Shown piece after piece: positions 25,208 through 34,103 of a stretch of DNA of 64,000 nt. The first letter of the stretch is position 1, and each line of letters starts with the position of its first letter. Both the position numbers and the translations under genes were made by a program. The stretch comes from Gemmatimonadales bacterium (lineage in GTDB: Bacteria; Krumholzibacteriota; Krumholzibacteriia; LZORAL124-64-63). The notes under the pieces were generated by a model. The model was not told where the DNA came from and did no database searches. It saw only the letters and a program-made list of their open reading frames with translations. Where the stretch lies: the NCBI GenBank assembly GCA_019038745.1, contig JAHOYV010000049.1, positions 6,739 to 70,738 on the forward strand, given 5' to 3'.

Positions 25208-27859
25208 TCAGATGCTGAACCAATAGGACAACTTCGCCATGAAGGTGTTTTGCGGTTCGGAATCGACGACGAAACGAGGGTCGAATTTGTTCTCCCAGGA
25301 ATGGTTCTGCGCGAAGAAGCCTCGTTCCTCGTAGCGGAAGTTGCTGTGCGTCCAGACCAGGTAGAGAGTCGATCCCGGCTTGTACTCCCAGCGGTACACC
25401 ATGTTCAGGTTCACCGAACCAAGCTTGAAATCGTACTGGGTCGTGTCCACCTCGTAGGGCTTTAGATCATAGGAGTCGGCTGTGGCCAGATAACGTGGTT
25501 TGGTGTAGTTGCCCCGCGTCAGGAAAGGCTGCAGATATAGTTGTAAAGACTGGTCCCGGTTGAAGAGCATGCTGGAACGCAGGGTCGCATCCCAGATTTT
25601 CTGGTCCATCTCCGCGAAAACGTAATCCACACCGCCGATTCCGGTTTGCCCCAGTTGAGAATCAACGGTGACGAAATTGTCCAGCCACTGGGCTTCCATC
25701 GTGTTGTGTCGATAGTTCCAGCCCAGGGAATGGCTCAGGTGTTCGCTCTGGTTCCATCGTACGAAGCCTTGGAAACCCAGACCCCGCAGATTGGATCCGT
25801 AATCGGTGTGGAGTTCCATTTGGAGGGAAATCGGCTTGCGCCAGTCGGTTGTTCCGCTACAGGCGATGTTCGTCCAGCCGGGTTGGTCCATCAGGGGACC
25901 CCGTTCACCCAGGTGGTTGGACCGTGTTGCCCACTTGTCGGTGCCGTCGAGGGTCTGGACTATACCCACCCAACCCTGGTTGTAGTTGTGCAATTGGCCC
26001 CAGGCCACGAATTGGACGCCGGTGAACTGGTGATGTCGCTTGTCGTACTCCCAGGCAAGCTCCCCGGCTTCGAAAGTATCGTCGTTCCGCGAGATGACTT
26101 CGTGGCCCGAGTTGCCGGCGTACAGAGTGGTGGTGTAGGCCTCCAGTTCGAAATTCGCCCTGTTGAACAGCTTGTCTTCCCCATCGGAATCATAGTAGTA
26201 ACCCAGTTCGCCGTACGTAACAATCTCGTCCGGGGCCTGCAGGATTCCCATGTCGTTGGGATCCAGGCGATCTGATTCCCAACTGGCGCCGCCGCCGCCA
26301 CGCCAGTTGCCGCCGATCTTTCTCAGGTCCAAACGGCCGCCATGGCCCGTCACGGCGTCGGTTGTACCGTAAGGGCTCAGTGATGCGGCGGCAGCCTTAA
26401 TGCGGGTTCCCACCAGGGAGCCTTTTACCCTGTAGGTGCGATCCTGGAAGTTCATCTCGAAATCTGCGCCGCTGGACAGCCCGTCCCGCCTCAGGCGGTA
26501 ATCGTCGACATCGGCGAAGGAATCGTCGTCCCGGAAGACCCCCGTACCCATGAAGTTGATATTGTGTTTCCCCTCGGCGAATTCCTTGCCGACGCGCACG
26601 AGGCTGTAATAGGCCTTATGACGTCCTTTGCTGAAGGGGTTGTGCACCTTGCCCGCTTCGGCCAGATCCGTAGCCGCACCCAGGAAGGCAACGGAAAGAT
26701 CTCCGCCGATTTTGCCGGTCAATTTGGCCGCGCCGCGAATCCGTGAATTCGCTTCGCCGGTACCGATACGCCTGGAGTAGAAGAGGTTGAAATCCGGATG
26801 CTGGAAGAATCGCGCTCCCTCCACGAAGAAGGGCCGTTTTTCGTTGAAGCGCGTCTCGAAGGGGGAAAGATTCAACACTGCGGGGTCGGATTCGACTTGC
26901 CCGAAATCCGGTTGGAAAGTGGCGTTCAGGGTGAGATTCGGCGTCAGTCCGTATTTCAAATCCGCGCCGAAGTTCTGCAGGTTGTCCCAGTTGTCCAGGG
27001 CGGGATCGGCCGTGGCAGGGTCCGTGTGGCTCGTCACGAAATAGGGCATGATCTCCAACTTGCTCGGGTTCTCTATCGCCCGCAAACCGGTCAGATTTCC
27101 CCAACGGCTGACAAATCCGCTCAGATTCCGGTCCCAGGTCACCCAGCCCGTATCTTCGCCCCGACCGTGTAGCCATCGATAGACCTGCAGGCCCCAGGTC
27201 ATATTTTCGCTTGATTTGAAGCGGATGGCCGAGAAGGGGATCCGCATCTCCACGTACCAGCCGTGGTGGTCATGGGTTACTTCAGCCTCCCAAACCGCGT
27301 TCCAGCCGTCATCGCGGTTGCCGTTGTCGAAGATGTAGGAATCCTGCTGCACGCCGGCCATGTTGACGCGGAAGTTGTAACCCGTGGTTCGGTCGTGATA
27401 GGGATCGATATAAATGCTGACGAGATCCGAGGATTCGATCTGGTCACGGCGGCTGAGATAGCTGGAGACGTCGGAGATGTCGTTTTCCCAGCAGGCCATT
27501 CCAATATATAGTGCATCGTCGTCGTAGAGAATTTTGAAAGTGTTGGGCACCGAGGCCTGAGTTCCCCGGTCGGGTTCGTGTTGCTGGAAACCCCAGCCTG
27601 TTTGGGCCAGATCCCAAGCGGGCTCGTTTAATATTCCGTCCAATTCAAGGGTTTTGGCGCCTAGGTAAAAAGCCTCTATGGAGGGCACAGCCGTTCTTTC
27701 ACCGTGGGATTGGTCGGGATAGGCAGGACCGGTGCCGGTGGGTTGAAAACTGGTGGCTGGCACGGCGGCCAATGCGGCCGAGGTCGCAGAAAGGAGGCTG
27801 AGCAAAAGGGTAAATACCAGTGGGATCTGAACAGAAAACAGGGGCTTCCCGGAGGTCAT
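25208..27859 (-). CDS. Large secreted/outer-membrane-associated protein with an N-terminal CBM9-like (DOMON-like) domain and DUF5916-like beta-rich body
   Basis: Signal peptide (LVFTLLLSLLSATSAALA). Segment NEPAWDLAQTGWGFQQHEP...ILYDDDALYIGMACWENDIS...IYIDPYHDRTTGYNFRVN...WNAVWEAEVTHDHHGWYVEMRIPFSAIRF is typical of family-9 CBM-like domains. The ~650-aa remainder is rich in aromatic/Gly/Asn beta-strand patterns. The family assignment is from memory only. Confidence 0.5.
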   Translation of the reverse strand: MTSGKPLFSVQIPLVFTLLLSLLSATSAALAAVPATSFQPTGTGPAYPDQSHGERTAVPSIEAFYLGAKTLELDGILNEPAWDLAQTGWGFQQHEPDRGTQASVPNTFKILYDDDALYIGMACWENDISDVSSYLSRRDQIESSDLVSIYIDPYHDRTTGYNFRVNMAGVQQDSYIFDNGNRDDGWNAVWEAEVTHDHHGWYVEMRIPFSAIRFKSSENMTWGLQVYRWLHGRGEDTGWVTWDRNLSGFVSRWGNLTGLRAIENPSKLEIMPYFVTSHTDPATADPALDNWDNLQNFGADLKYGLTPNLTLNATFQPDFGQVESDPAVLNLSPFETRFNEKRPFFVEGARFFQHPDFNLFYSRRIGTGEANSRIRGAAKLTGKIGGDLSVAFLGAATDLAEAGKVHNPFSKGRHKAYYSLVRVGKEFAEGKHNINFMGTGVFRDDDSFADVDDYRLRRDGLSSGADFEMNFQDRTYRVKGSLVGTRIKAAAASLSPYGTTDAVTGHGGRLDLRKIGGNWRGGGGASWESDRLDPNDMGILQAPDEIVTYGELGYYYDSDGEDKLFNRANFELEAYTTTLYAGNSGHEVISRNDDTFEAGELAWEYDKRHHQFTGVQFVAWGQLHNYNQGWVGIVQTLDGTDKWATRSNHLGERGPLMDQPGWTNIACSGTTDWRKPISLQMELHTDYGSNLRGLGFQGFVRWNQSEHLSHSLGWNYRHNTMEAQWLDNFVTVDSQLGQTGIGGVDYVFAEMDQKIWDATLRSSMLFNRDQSLQLYLQPFLTRGNYTKPRYLATADSYDLKPYEVDTTQYDFKLGSVNLNMVYRWEYKPGSTLYLVWTHSNFRYEERGFFAQNHSWENKFDPRFVVDSEPQNTFMAKLSYWFSI

Positions 27860-27998
27860 GGAATCTCCTTGGAGAGTCGGTGAATATTTTGTAGAAGTAG
27901 GCGACGGAGTAGATTACGACAATTTCCAGCCTGGGTTCCAGTTTTTCCTTTCCTGTTTTTCCTTTCCTGTTTTTTTAATCGAAGTCAAAAAGCTGCAG

Positions 27999-28020
27999 GA
28001 TCTTCCCCCGGGGGAAGATC
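27999..28020. repeat. 22-bp perfect palindrome GATCTTCCCCCGGGGGAAGATC, same core family
   Basis: Direct reading. It lies 48 nt downstream of the stop at 28068 and ~140 nt upstream of the start at 27859. It is preceded by a 14-bp tandem GTTTTTCCTTTCCT x2 (27933-27960). Confidence 0.85.
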
Positions 28021-28067
28021 TTCGAATCAATCTTCTATTGAGCGAGTGCGCATCATCGCACCGATTT

Positions 28068-28730
28068 TTACTCTTCCCGGTTGTTCAAAATACTAGCAAT
28101 GACATTTCCGAGGGTTTGCGTTGTCTTCCGCTGGTGAACTACCATACAACGTGCCAAGTCGAGACCTTCGGTGCCGGTAGCAAGCGACGGGCAAAAATCC
28201 GAACCGCTGTATTTGAATATCGGTTGGTTGTCATCCCCGCAATCGTCGGCAAGGTAACGGATCGTCTTGACGAAATACGTAATTTCGACACCGTTACCGT
28301 CTTCGTGCTTGGCAGGCGACGGCGAGGCGATCAACAACAGGGTCTGATCGGGAATCAGCCAAGGCGCTGCGGCTATTTCATAGCGGCCGATCTGGTCGTT
28401 TTCGTCGATGTACACCACCGATGCGTAGTGGAGTTCGAGTTCCGGAGTATCCGGACCGGCCACCCAGCGGCAGACTTGGATCTTTGCCCTGGCATGAGGA
28501 ATCCACGGACCAGCGAGGACATTCCCATAGCGCAGCCTGCAGAATTCGATTTGGGTGAGCTCACCTATTACTACGACATCCTCATCCAGGTCAACCCAGT
28601 TGAAATCGGTATTCTGCTTCCTTAGATCCGCCAGAAATTGTTCATTGTCGAAGACTGGGTTCTCAGCTCGTGAAGGGGCGAGTGCTGATAACAGAACGGT
28701 GAAGATGACTAGTAGCCTGACATAATTCAT
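28068..28730 (-). CDS. Secreted hypothetical protein
   Basis: The likely start is MNYVRLLVIFTVLLSALAPSRA (signal peptide; ORF open to 28892). It contains Cys pairs and no recognisable family. Confidence 0.4.
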   Translation of the reverse strand: MNYVRLLVIFTVLLSALAPSRAENPVFDNEQFLADLRKQNTDFNWVDLDEDVVVIGELTQIEFCRLRYGNVLAGPWIPHARAKIQVCRWVAGPDTPELELHYASVVYIDENDQIGRYEIAAAPWLIPDQTLLLIASPSPAKHEDGNGVEITYFVKTIRYLADDCGDDNQPIFKYSGSDFCPSLATGTEGLDLARCMVVHQRKTTQTLGNVIASILNNREE

Positions 28731-29003
28731 ATTATTTCCCTTTTGGATCTGTCGAACCACAAAGGATGGTCTCCTATACAGTACTTTAGAAAATACCAAG
28801 CATGGAAACAAAAAATGGTCAGCAAGCGGGGTCGGCTGCCACACCCCATGAAAAATTTCAAAAAACTTCCGAACCCACCGAACTATTGACACGAAGCCTG
28901 CGTCTGTGTGGTGATTGGCAGATAAAATTCAGGCTGGTATTTTCAAATCCCGGCCGGCCAAGAAATCAGTCATGAATCAGTAACGAACCGAAAACGAACA
29001 AGG

Positions 29004-29606
29004 ATGACAATGGACCAGGTCGAACTGCTGAAACGTTGCCAAGACGGCGATGAACTGGCGTGGGAGGTGCTCGTGAGACAGCAACAAGGACGAATCTGTT
29101 CGATTGCCTACGGGTACGTCGGCGACCAGGATGAAGCGCAGGACCTGGCCCAGGATATCTTTGTCCGCTTGTACAAGCGTTTGGATACCTGTCGTGACGC
29201 GGAGAAATTCGTTTCCTGGCTCATCAGTATTGCCCGCAACGCCTGTCTGGATCACTTGCGTCGGCGCAAAGCGCGACCACCTCGACGGGACATCCCGGCT
29301 GAAGAAATGTCCAGTCTGAAGGATGCCGGCCCCACTCCCGAAGAGAACTGGGTGCGATCATCCCGGCAGAAACTGGTCCACCGGGCGTTGCGGCAGTTGA
29401 GTGAGATCAATCGTGAGATCATTCTCTTGAAAGATATACAAGGTCTGCCCCTGGAGGAGATAGCTGGTCTGTTGGAGTTGCCCCTGGGTACGATAAAATC
29501 CAGATCCAGTCGGGCGCGGGTGGAGTTGGCCCGGGCCATCGTGGACCTTGGTGAAGGCCCCGGCGGCGGTTCGGACGGAACCTTGGGCGCGGAGGCAGTC
29601 TCGTGA
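29004..29606 (+). CDS. ECF (sigma-24/RpoE-like) RNA polymerase sigma factor
   Basis: Region 2 (DEAQDLAQDIFVRLYKRLDTCRDAEKFVSWLISIARNACLDHLRRRK) and region 4 (LLKDIQGLPLEEIAGLLELPLGTIKSRSSRARVELAR). Confidence 0.85.
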   Translation: MTMDQVELLKRCQDGDELAWEVLVRQQQGRICSIAYGYVGDQDEAQDLAQDIFVRLYKRLDTCRDAEKFVSWLISIARNACLDHLRRRKARPPRRDIPAEEMSSLKDAGPTPEENWVRSSRQKLVHRALRQLSEINREIILLKDIQGLPLEEIAGLLELPLGTIKSRSSRARVELARAIVDLGEGPGGGSDGTLGAEAVS

Positions 29607-30502
29607 GCGGCGGACGCAAAAGTAACCGGGCTCCCAATGGGGAGAATAATCGGCGGCATGACGAGAAATTCATCCAGGATGTCTTGTCCCGGACCAGCGG
29701 TTCGCCTTGTGAACGCGCCGCCGGACTTCTGCCCGCCCTGACCGATGATGCGCTGGAGGATATGGACCGCCGCCTGGTTCAGGCTCATCTGGAACATTGC
29801 CCCGGCTGCCGAACCCTGGCCGTTACCCTGGGCTGGCTCGATCCCCTTCTGCCGAAGATGGCCTTCCTGGATCCTGGTCCCGAGTTCACCCAAAAGGTTC
29901 TGTCCCGGACTTCATTGGCCGCGCCGGGCTTGTCGGCCGGGCCGGTTACCGAGCCGACGGCCTTCGGGCCCGCAGGAGTAATGGACCGTCTGGGCAGATG
30001 GTGGCAACGGCAGATCCTGCGTCCGGTCTTTCCTATGCAGGTCGCCTATGCGGCTACGGTGGTCATTGTCCTGCTGGTAGCCACGCCGGTTTCTCCATTC
30101 CGACAGGCTCCGGGCCGGCTTCTGCAGACCGTACAGGCAGGACCGGAATCGCTACCGATCGTGGGTTCACTGCTGGATTCGACGACCCACGGCACCTCGA
30201 TTTGGGTTCAGGGCCAGGTCGATTACGTGTCCCAGACGATCAGGGACGAGACGACTGGAGCTTGGCGCGGGGCCGAGTCCGATCTCACGGCGAGGATGGA
30301 GCGAACGAATTCCGAGCGGGGAAGCATGAAATCACACTTGGGCGACCTGGTCCGGAACCTCAAGGGAGGAAATCTGGGAGACGCGGGCTACGACCTGCAC
30401 CGGGTCTTGAAGTCAGGCCGCAGGGCCTGGGCATTGTGGTGGAATTCCGAATCAATCGCTGAATCAAATCTTGAGTCAACCATAGAAAGGAGAACGCCAT
30501 GA
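29603..30502 (+). CDS. Anti-sigma factor, zf-HC2 type (putative zinc finger HLEHCPGC), single TM
   Basis: Overlaps the sigma gene by ATGA. HLEHCPGCRTLAVTLGWLDPLL, TM AYAATVVIVLLVATP, then a periplasmic domain. Confidence 0.6.
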   Translation: MSGGRKSNRAPNGENNRRHDEKFIQDVLSRTSGSPCERAAGLLPALTDDALEDMDRRLVQAHLEHCPGCRTLAVTLGWLDPLLPKMAFLDPGPEFTQKVLSRTSLAAPGLSAGPVTEPTAFGPAGVMDRLGRWWQRQILRPVFPMQVAYAATVVIVLLVATPVSPFRQAPGRLLQTVQAGPESLPIVGSLLDSTTHGTSIWVQGQVDYVSQTIRDETTGAWRGAESDLTARMERTNSERGSMKSHLGDLVRNLKGGNLGDAGYDLHRVLKSGRRAWALWWNSESIAESNLESTIERRTP

Positions 30503-31056
30503 ACGGCGCGAACAATGAACAGGAACAAATCTATCGGCAGGAGGAACGACAAATCGATTACCAGGAGGCTCCAGGGGTCCCGAAAGCGCGCGTGGTCTCA
30601 AGGCACCGCAAATCTGCGGTGTTGGCCACAGTGCTTTCCATGATGCCGGGTCTGGGCCAGATCTACGTGGGCTATTATCAGCACGGATTCGTTTTCGTCC
30701 TGATTCCAGCTTCGATCATCGCCCTGTTGGCTTCGGGTTCAGTGACTGGTCTGGCGCCCCTGTTGGGGATGTTCCTCGCTTTCTTCTGGATTTTCAACAT
30801 GATCGACGCCAATCGGCGGGCCAATCACTTCAACCGCGCCGTGGAAGGGCTCGGGTCAGAGGACCTTCCTGAGGATTTCCAGATGCCCGGGACCAAGGGT
30901 TCGATTCCGGCGGGAATGATTCTGATGGCCATGGGCTTGTTGATCATTCTGGATCTGAACTTTGGCATCTCCATGGAATGGATTGAGAACTGGTGGCCAT
31001 TGGCCCTGGTTGCCTTCGGAGGCTACCTGGTCTTCAAGGCGCGGAGTTCGGAATAG
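30499..31056 (+). CDS. Membrane protein with TM2-like N-terminal motif (PGLGQIYVGYYQHG) and PspC/LiaF-like C-terminal hydrophobic segment
   Basis: Overlaps the anti-sigma stop (ATGA). Has 4 predicted TM segments. It is the third gene of the ECF operon. Confidence 0.5.
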   Translation: MNGANNEQEQIYRQEERQIDYQEAPGVPKARVVSRHRKSAVLATVLSMMPGLGQIYVGYYQHGFVFVLIPASIIALLASGSVTGLAPLLGMFLAFFWIFNMIDANRRANHFNRAVEGLGSEDLPEDFQMPGTKGSIPAGMILMAMGLLIILDLNFGISMEWIENWWPLALVAFGGYLVFKARSSE

Positions 31057-31079
31057 TTAGGTTGGAAAGTTGTTCTCCT

Positions 31080-31120
31080 GCCCGGGGGGATCCAGGAAAT
31101 GGATCCCCCCGGGCTTTTCC
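31080..31120 (+). terminator. Intrinsic terminator-like hairpin (14-bp GC stem CCCGGGGGGATCC, 7-nt loop, then CTTTTCC)
   Basis: Lies 24 nt after the stop at 31056. The stem is a member of the CCCCCGGGGG palindrome family. Confidence 0.6.
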
Positions 31121-31287
31121 GCTTCCTGAAGCTGCTGTAATTTTCTTCCCCCTCAACGGTGAATATTCTCGGCCGAATCGGATCTACGGAAAAGTCCAAA
31201 AAACTTGTCAATACGACCCCCGTTTGAACGATAACTAAACCAGGAACAAGGTTCTGGAAGCCCATTAGGCAAGCTGCAAGGAAAGTT

Positions 31288-33708
31288 ATGTCGGTGATAA
31301 ATTCTAATCCGAATCGGGAACTGGATATTCTACAGAGACAGCTTGAGATCATCCGGGAAGTCCACACGTGCCCGGATCCGTTGCAGATGTTGAATGGGGT
31401 TCTTCTCAAGATGTTGGACATTCAGGGAATTGACGGCATCTGGACCTGGTTCGAGGAGTCGGATCAGGGCCAGTGGCGATTAACTACAAGCCAGGGAATC
31501 AGTCAGGATCTTGTAAATCACATAACTGTTTTACCGGACCAGTCCCCATTGTCCGACCAACTGCATATGGGTAACGAAGTAGTCGGAGTCTGGCGGAAAA
31601 CCTGGGATGAATACGGGTTGCCCCTGGAAAATGACGGTTGGGTGGATGTTGGCATTTTTCCGATCCGGGCGGAGAACAGTACGGTGGGGGCAGTGGCTGT
31701 GGGCAGTCGCACTGGGAGCCTGTCACCGGGATTGAAGATCATGTTGCGTTCCTTGGCCGCGTGCCTTGGGGGGCGTCTTTCCCGGGACAGACTGGCAGCT
31801 TTTCTGGCCAACAGTCGACACAACCTGGACACCCTGTTCACCACTTTCGAAGACAGGGTTTTCGTCGTTGACCATAACGGACTGATTCTCCATACGAATT
31901 CCGGTAATCCCAAGCGTTTGCCGTTGTCTAGGATGGAAGTGGTCGGCAGGGAGATCACCGAGGTGATGCCGGCGTTTCCTACCCTGATCCAGGTCCTTGA
32001 GAAATCCGGAAAAAACTTGGATTGCCCCGGGAAAGACAATTCCAGATGCCAAGGGCAAAGGTCTCATTTGATTGGAGAGGGCGGCGCCAAGGTTTCGGTG
32101 GAGGTCAGGATCTGCCGTGGTCTGTGGAACGATCAGAACGTGTATTACCTCCTTTGTCGGGATGTCAGCAGGCAATTGGCCCAGGAAAAGGAAACGGAAC
32201 AGTTGTCGGTGGCCATGGCACATCTGGCCGAAGCAATCATCATCACCAACTCCGAGGGAGCAATCCAATACATTAATCCAGCTTTCTCCCTGATGACCGG
32301 TTACTCCCAGGACGAAGTGCTGGGTAAGAATCCACGGATTCTAAAGAGTGGGAAACATTCTTCGGGATTCTACAGGCAGATGTGGGACACCCTGACGAGC
32401 GGGGAGACATGGTCCGGCCGACTGGAAAACAGGAAGAAGGACGGTGCCCTGATCCTGGAGGAAGCCCATATCTCACCCGTCCTGGATGGCGATGGAGTCA
32501 TCACCCATTTCGTCTGCGTAAAGCGGGATGTTAGTACGGAGGTGGCTCTCGAACAGAAATTGAGAGAGTCCCAGAAACTGGAGGCCGTCGGCACCTTGGC
32601 GGGCGGTCTAGCCCATGACTTCAACAACATCCTTTATGCCCTGATGGGGTACACGCAACTGGCCCTGGAGGATTTGGAGGAGAACGATCCGGTCCATACA
32701 TACCTGGGAGAGATCTCCAAGGCCGGAGAACGCGCCACCGATCTGGTGGCCAAGATGCTGACCTTCGGCCAGCGGGCAAGCACAACCATAAAGGAGATCC
32801 GAATCCAGGAAATTGTCGGCGAGGCCCTGGATCTGGCCCGCGCCTCGTTGCCGGCTACCATCGAGTTCCGGATCGATATGGCGGAAGATTGCCCCACGGT
32901 GAAGGCGGATGCTACCCAGATCCATCAGGTAATCCTGAATCTCTGCACGAACGCTGATCACGCCATGCGCCAGGGAGGCGGAGAGCTCTCGGTTTCACTG
33001 GAAGCGGTGGACCTGGATCTGAAGGCCGCCGACAAGTGGCCGAAACTTTCACCGGGTCAGTGGGGTGTTTTGAAGGTCTCGGACACTGGTTCGGGCATGA
33101 ACACCGCAGTAGTGGATCGGATATTCGAACCCTATTTCACAACCAAGAAATCGGATGAGGGGACCGGATTGGGCCTGGCCACCGTTCATGGAATCATCAG
33201 CAACCACGGCGGGCGTATTTACGTGGACAGTTCGCTTGGCGAGGGAACCACTTTCACAATCTTCCTGCCCCTGAGCGGACAGACCGTCAAAGTTGATCAA
33301 GAAGAGGCCCCCAATAGTGAGGTGGGTGGTGGCGGGAAGGTTCTCTTGGTGGATGATGAGGAAATGATCGTGGATGTGGCCGTCAAGGGGTTGACCCGGC
33401 TCGGGTTCGAAGTGGTCGGTCTGATGGACGGGGTCCAGGCGGTGGAATTGTTCCGGCAGGATCCGAACAGTTTTGACGTGGTGGTAACCGACCAGACGAT
33501 GCCGGGAATCACGGGGTTCGAAGTGGCTACCAAGATTTTGGCCATTCGGCCCGATCTGCCAGTCATTCTTACGACGGGTTACAGCAATATATTGGATGAA
33601 GAAAAGGTTAAGGAGGCCGGGATTTGTCGGCTTTTGCAGAAACCTTTGAAAATCAGGGAACTGGCTGAAGCACTGGATGAATTGACCAGCGTGTCGGCGG
33701 CAAACTAA
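31288..33708 (+). CDS. Hybrid sensor histidine kinase (GAF/PAS, HisKA, HATPase, receiver)
   Basis: PAS (AIIITNSEGAIQYINPAFSLMTGYSQDEVLGKNPRILKSG), H-box GGLAHDFNNILYALMGY, G-boxes (DTGSGM, GTGLGLA), REC (VLLVDDEEMIVDVAVKGLTRLGFEVVG...VVTDQTMPGITGFE). Confidence 0.85.
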   Translation: MSVINSNPNRELDILQRQLEIIREVHTCPDPLQMLNGVLLKMLDIQGIDGIWTWFEESDQGQWRLTTSQGISQDLVNHITVLPDQSPLSDQLHMGNEVVGVWRKTWDEYGLPLENDGWVDVGIFPIRAENSTVGAVAVGSRTGSLSPGLKIMLRSLAACLGGRLSRDRLAAFLANSRHNLDTLFTTFEDRVFVVDHNGLILHTNSGNPKRLPLSRMEVVGREITEVMPAFPTLIQVLEKSGKNLDCPGKDNSRCQGQRSHLIGEGGAKVSVEVRICRGLWNDQNVYYLLCRDVSRQLAQEKETEQLSVAMAHLAEAIIITNSEGAIQYINPAFSLMTGYSQDEVLGKNPRILKSGKHSSGFYRQMWDTLTSGETWSGRLENRKKDGALILEEAHISPVLDGDGVITHFVCVKRDVSTEVALEQKLRESQKLEAVGTLAGGLAHDFNNILYALMGYTQLALEDLEENDPVHTYLGEISKAGERATDLVAKMLTFGQRASTTIKEIRIQEIVGEALDLARASLPATIEFRIDMAEDCPTVKADATQIHQVILNLCTNADHAMRQGGGELSVSLEAVDLDLKAADKWPKLSPGQWGVLKVSDTGSGMNTAVVDRIFEPYFTTKKSDEGTGLGLATVHGIISNHGGRIYVDSSLGEGTTFTIFLPLSGQTVKVDQEEAPNSEVGGGGKVLLVDDEEMIVDVAVKGLTRLGFEVVGLMDGVQAVELFRQDPNSFDVVVTDQTMPGITGFEVATKILAIRPDLPVILTTGYSNILDEEKVKEAGICRLLQKPLKIRELAEALDELTSVSAAN

Positions 33709-33719
33709 AGGAGAGGGAA

Positions 33720-34103
33720 ATGGCCAAGATCCTGATCGTAGACGACGATGAACAAGTTCGCGGAATGATCAAGCTCATTCTGGAACGGGACGGGTACGAG
33801 GTGGAGGAGGCCGGTGACGGCAACGAGGCCATCGAGGTTTATTGCCGGGAGGAATTCGATCTGGTGGTCACGGACATCGTGATGCCGGGCAAGGAGGGAA
33901 TCGAGACGATCATGGAGTTGCGGGGAATCAACCCCAAGGCCAAGATCATCGCGATCTCCGGTGGCGGTCGGATTAATCCCGAGGACTACCTCAAGTGGGC
34001 CCGTCGGTTCGGGGTGACCCATACCTTTACCAAGCCCGTTGACCGGACCAGTTTGTTGGAAGCCGTGGGTGAACTTCTCACCGAGGAATCCAGGGTTCCT
34101 TGA
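33720..34103 (+). CDS. Single-domain response regulator (CheY-like receiver)
   Basis: MAKILIVDDDEQVRGMIKLILERDGYEVEEAGDGNEAIEV...LVVTDIVMPGKEGIETI...KIIAISG (D-D-T/S-K signature). Confidence 0.85.
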   Translation: MAKILIVDDDEQVRGMIKLILERDGYEVEEAGDGNEAIEVYCREEFDLVVTDIVMPGKEGIETIMELRGINPKAKIIAISGGGRINPEDYLKWARRFGVTHTFTKPVDRTSLLEAVGELLTEESRVP

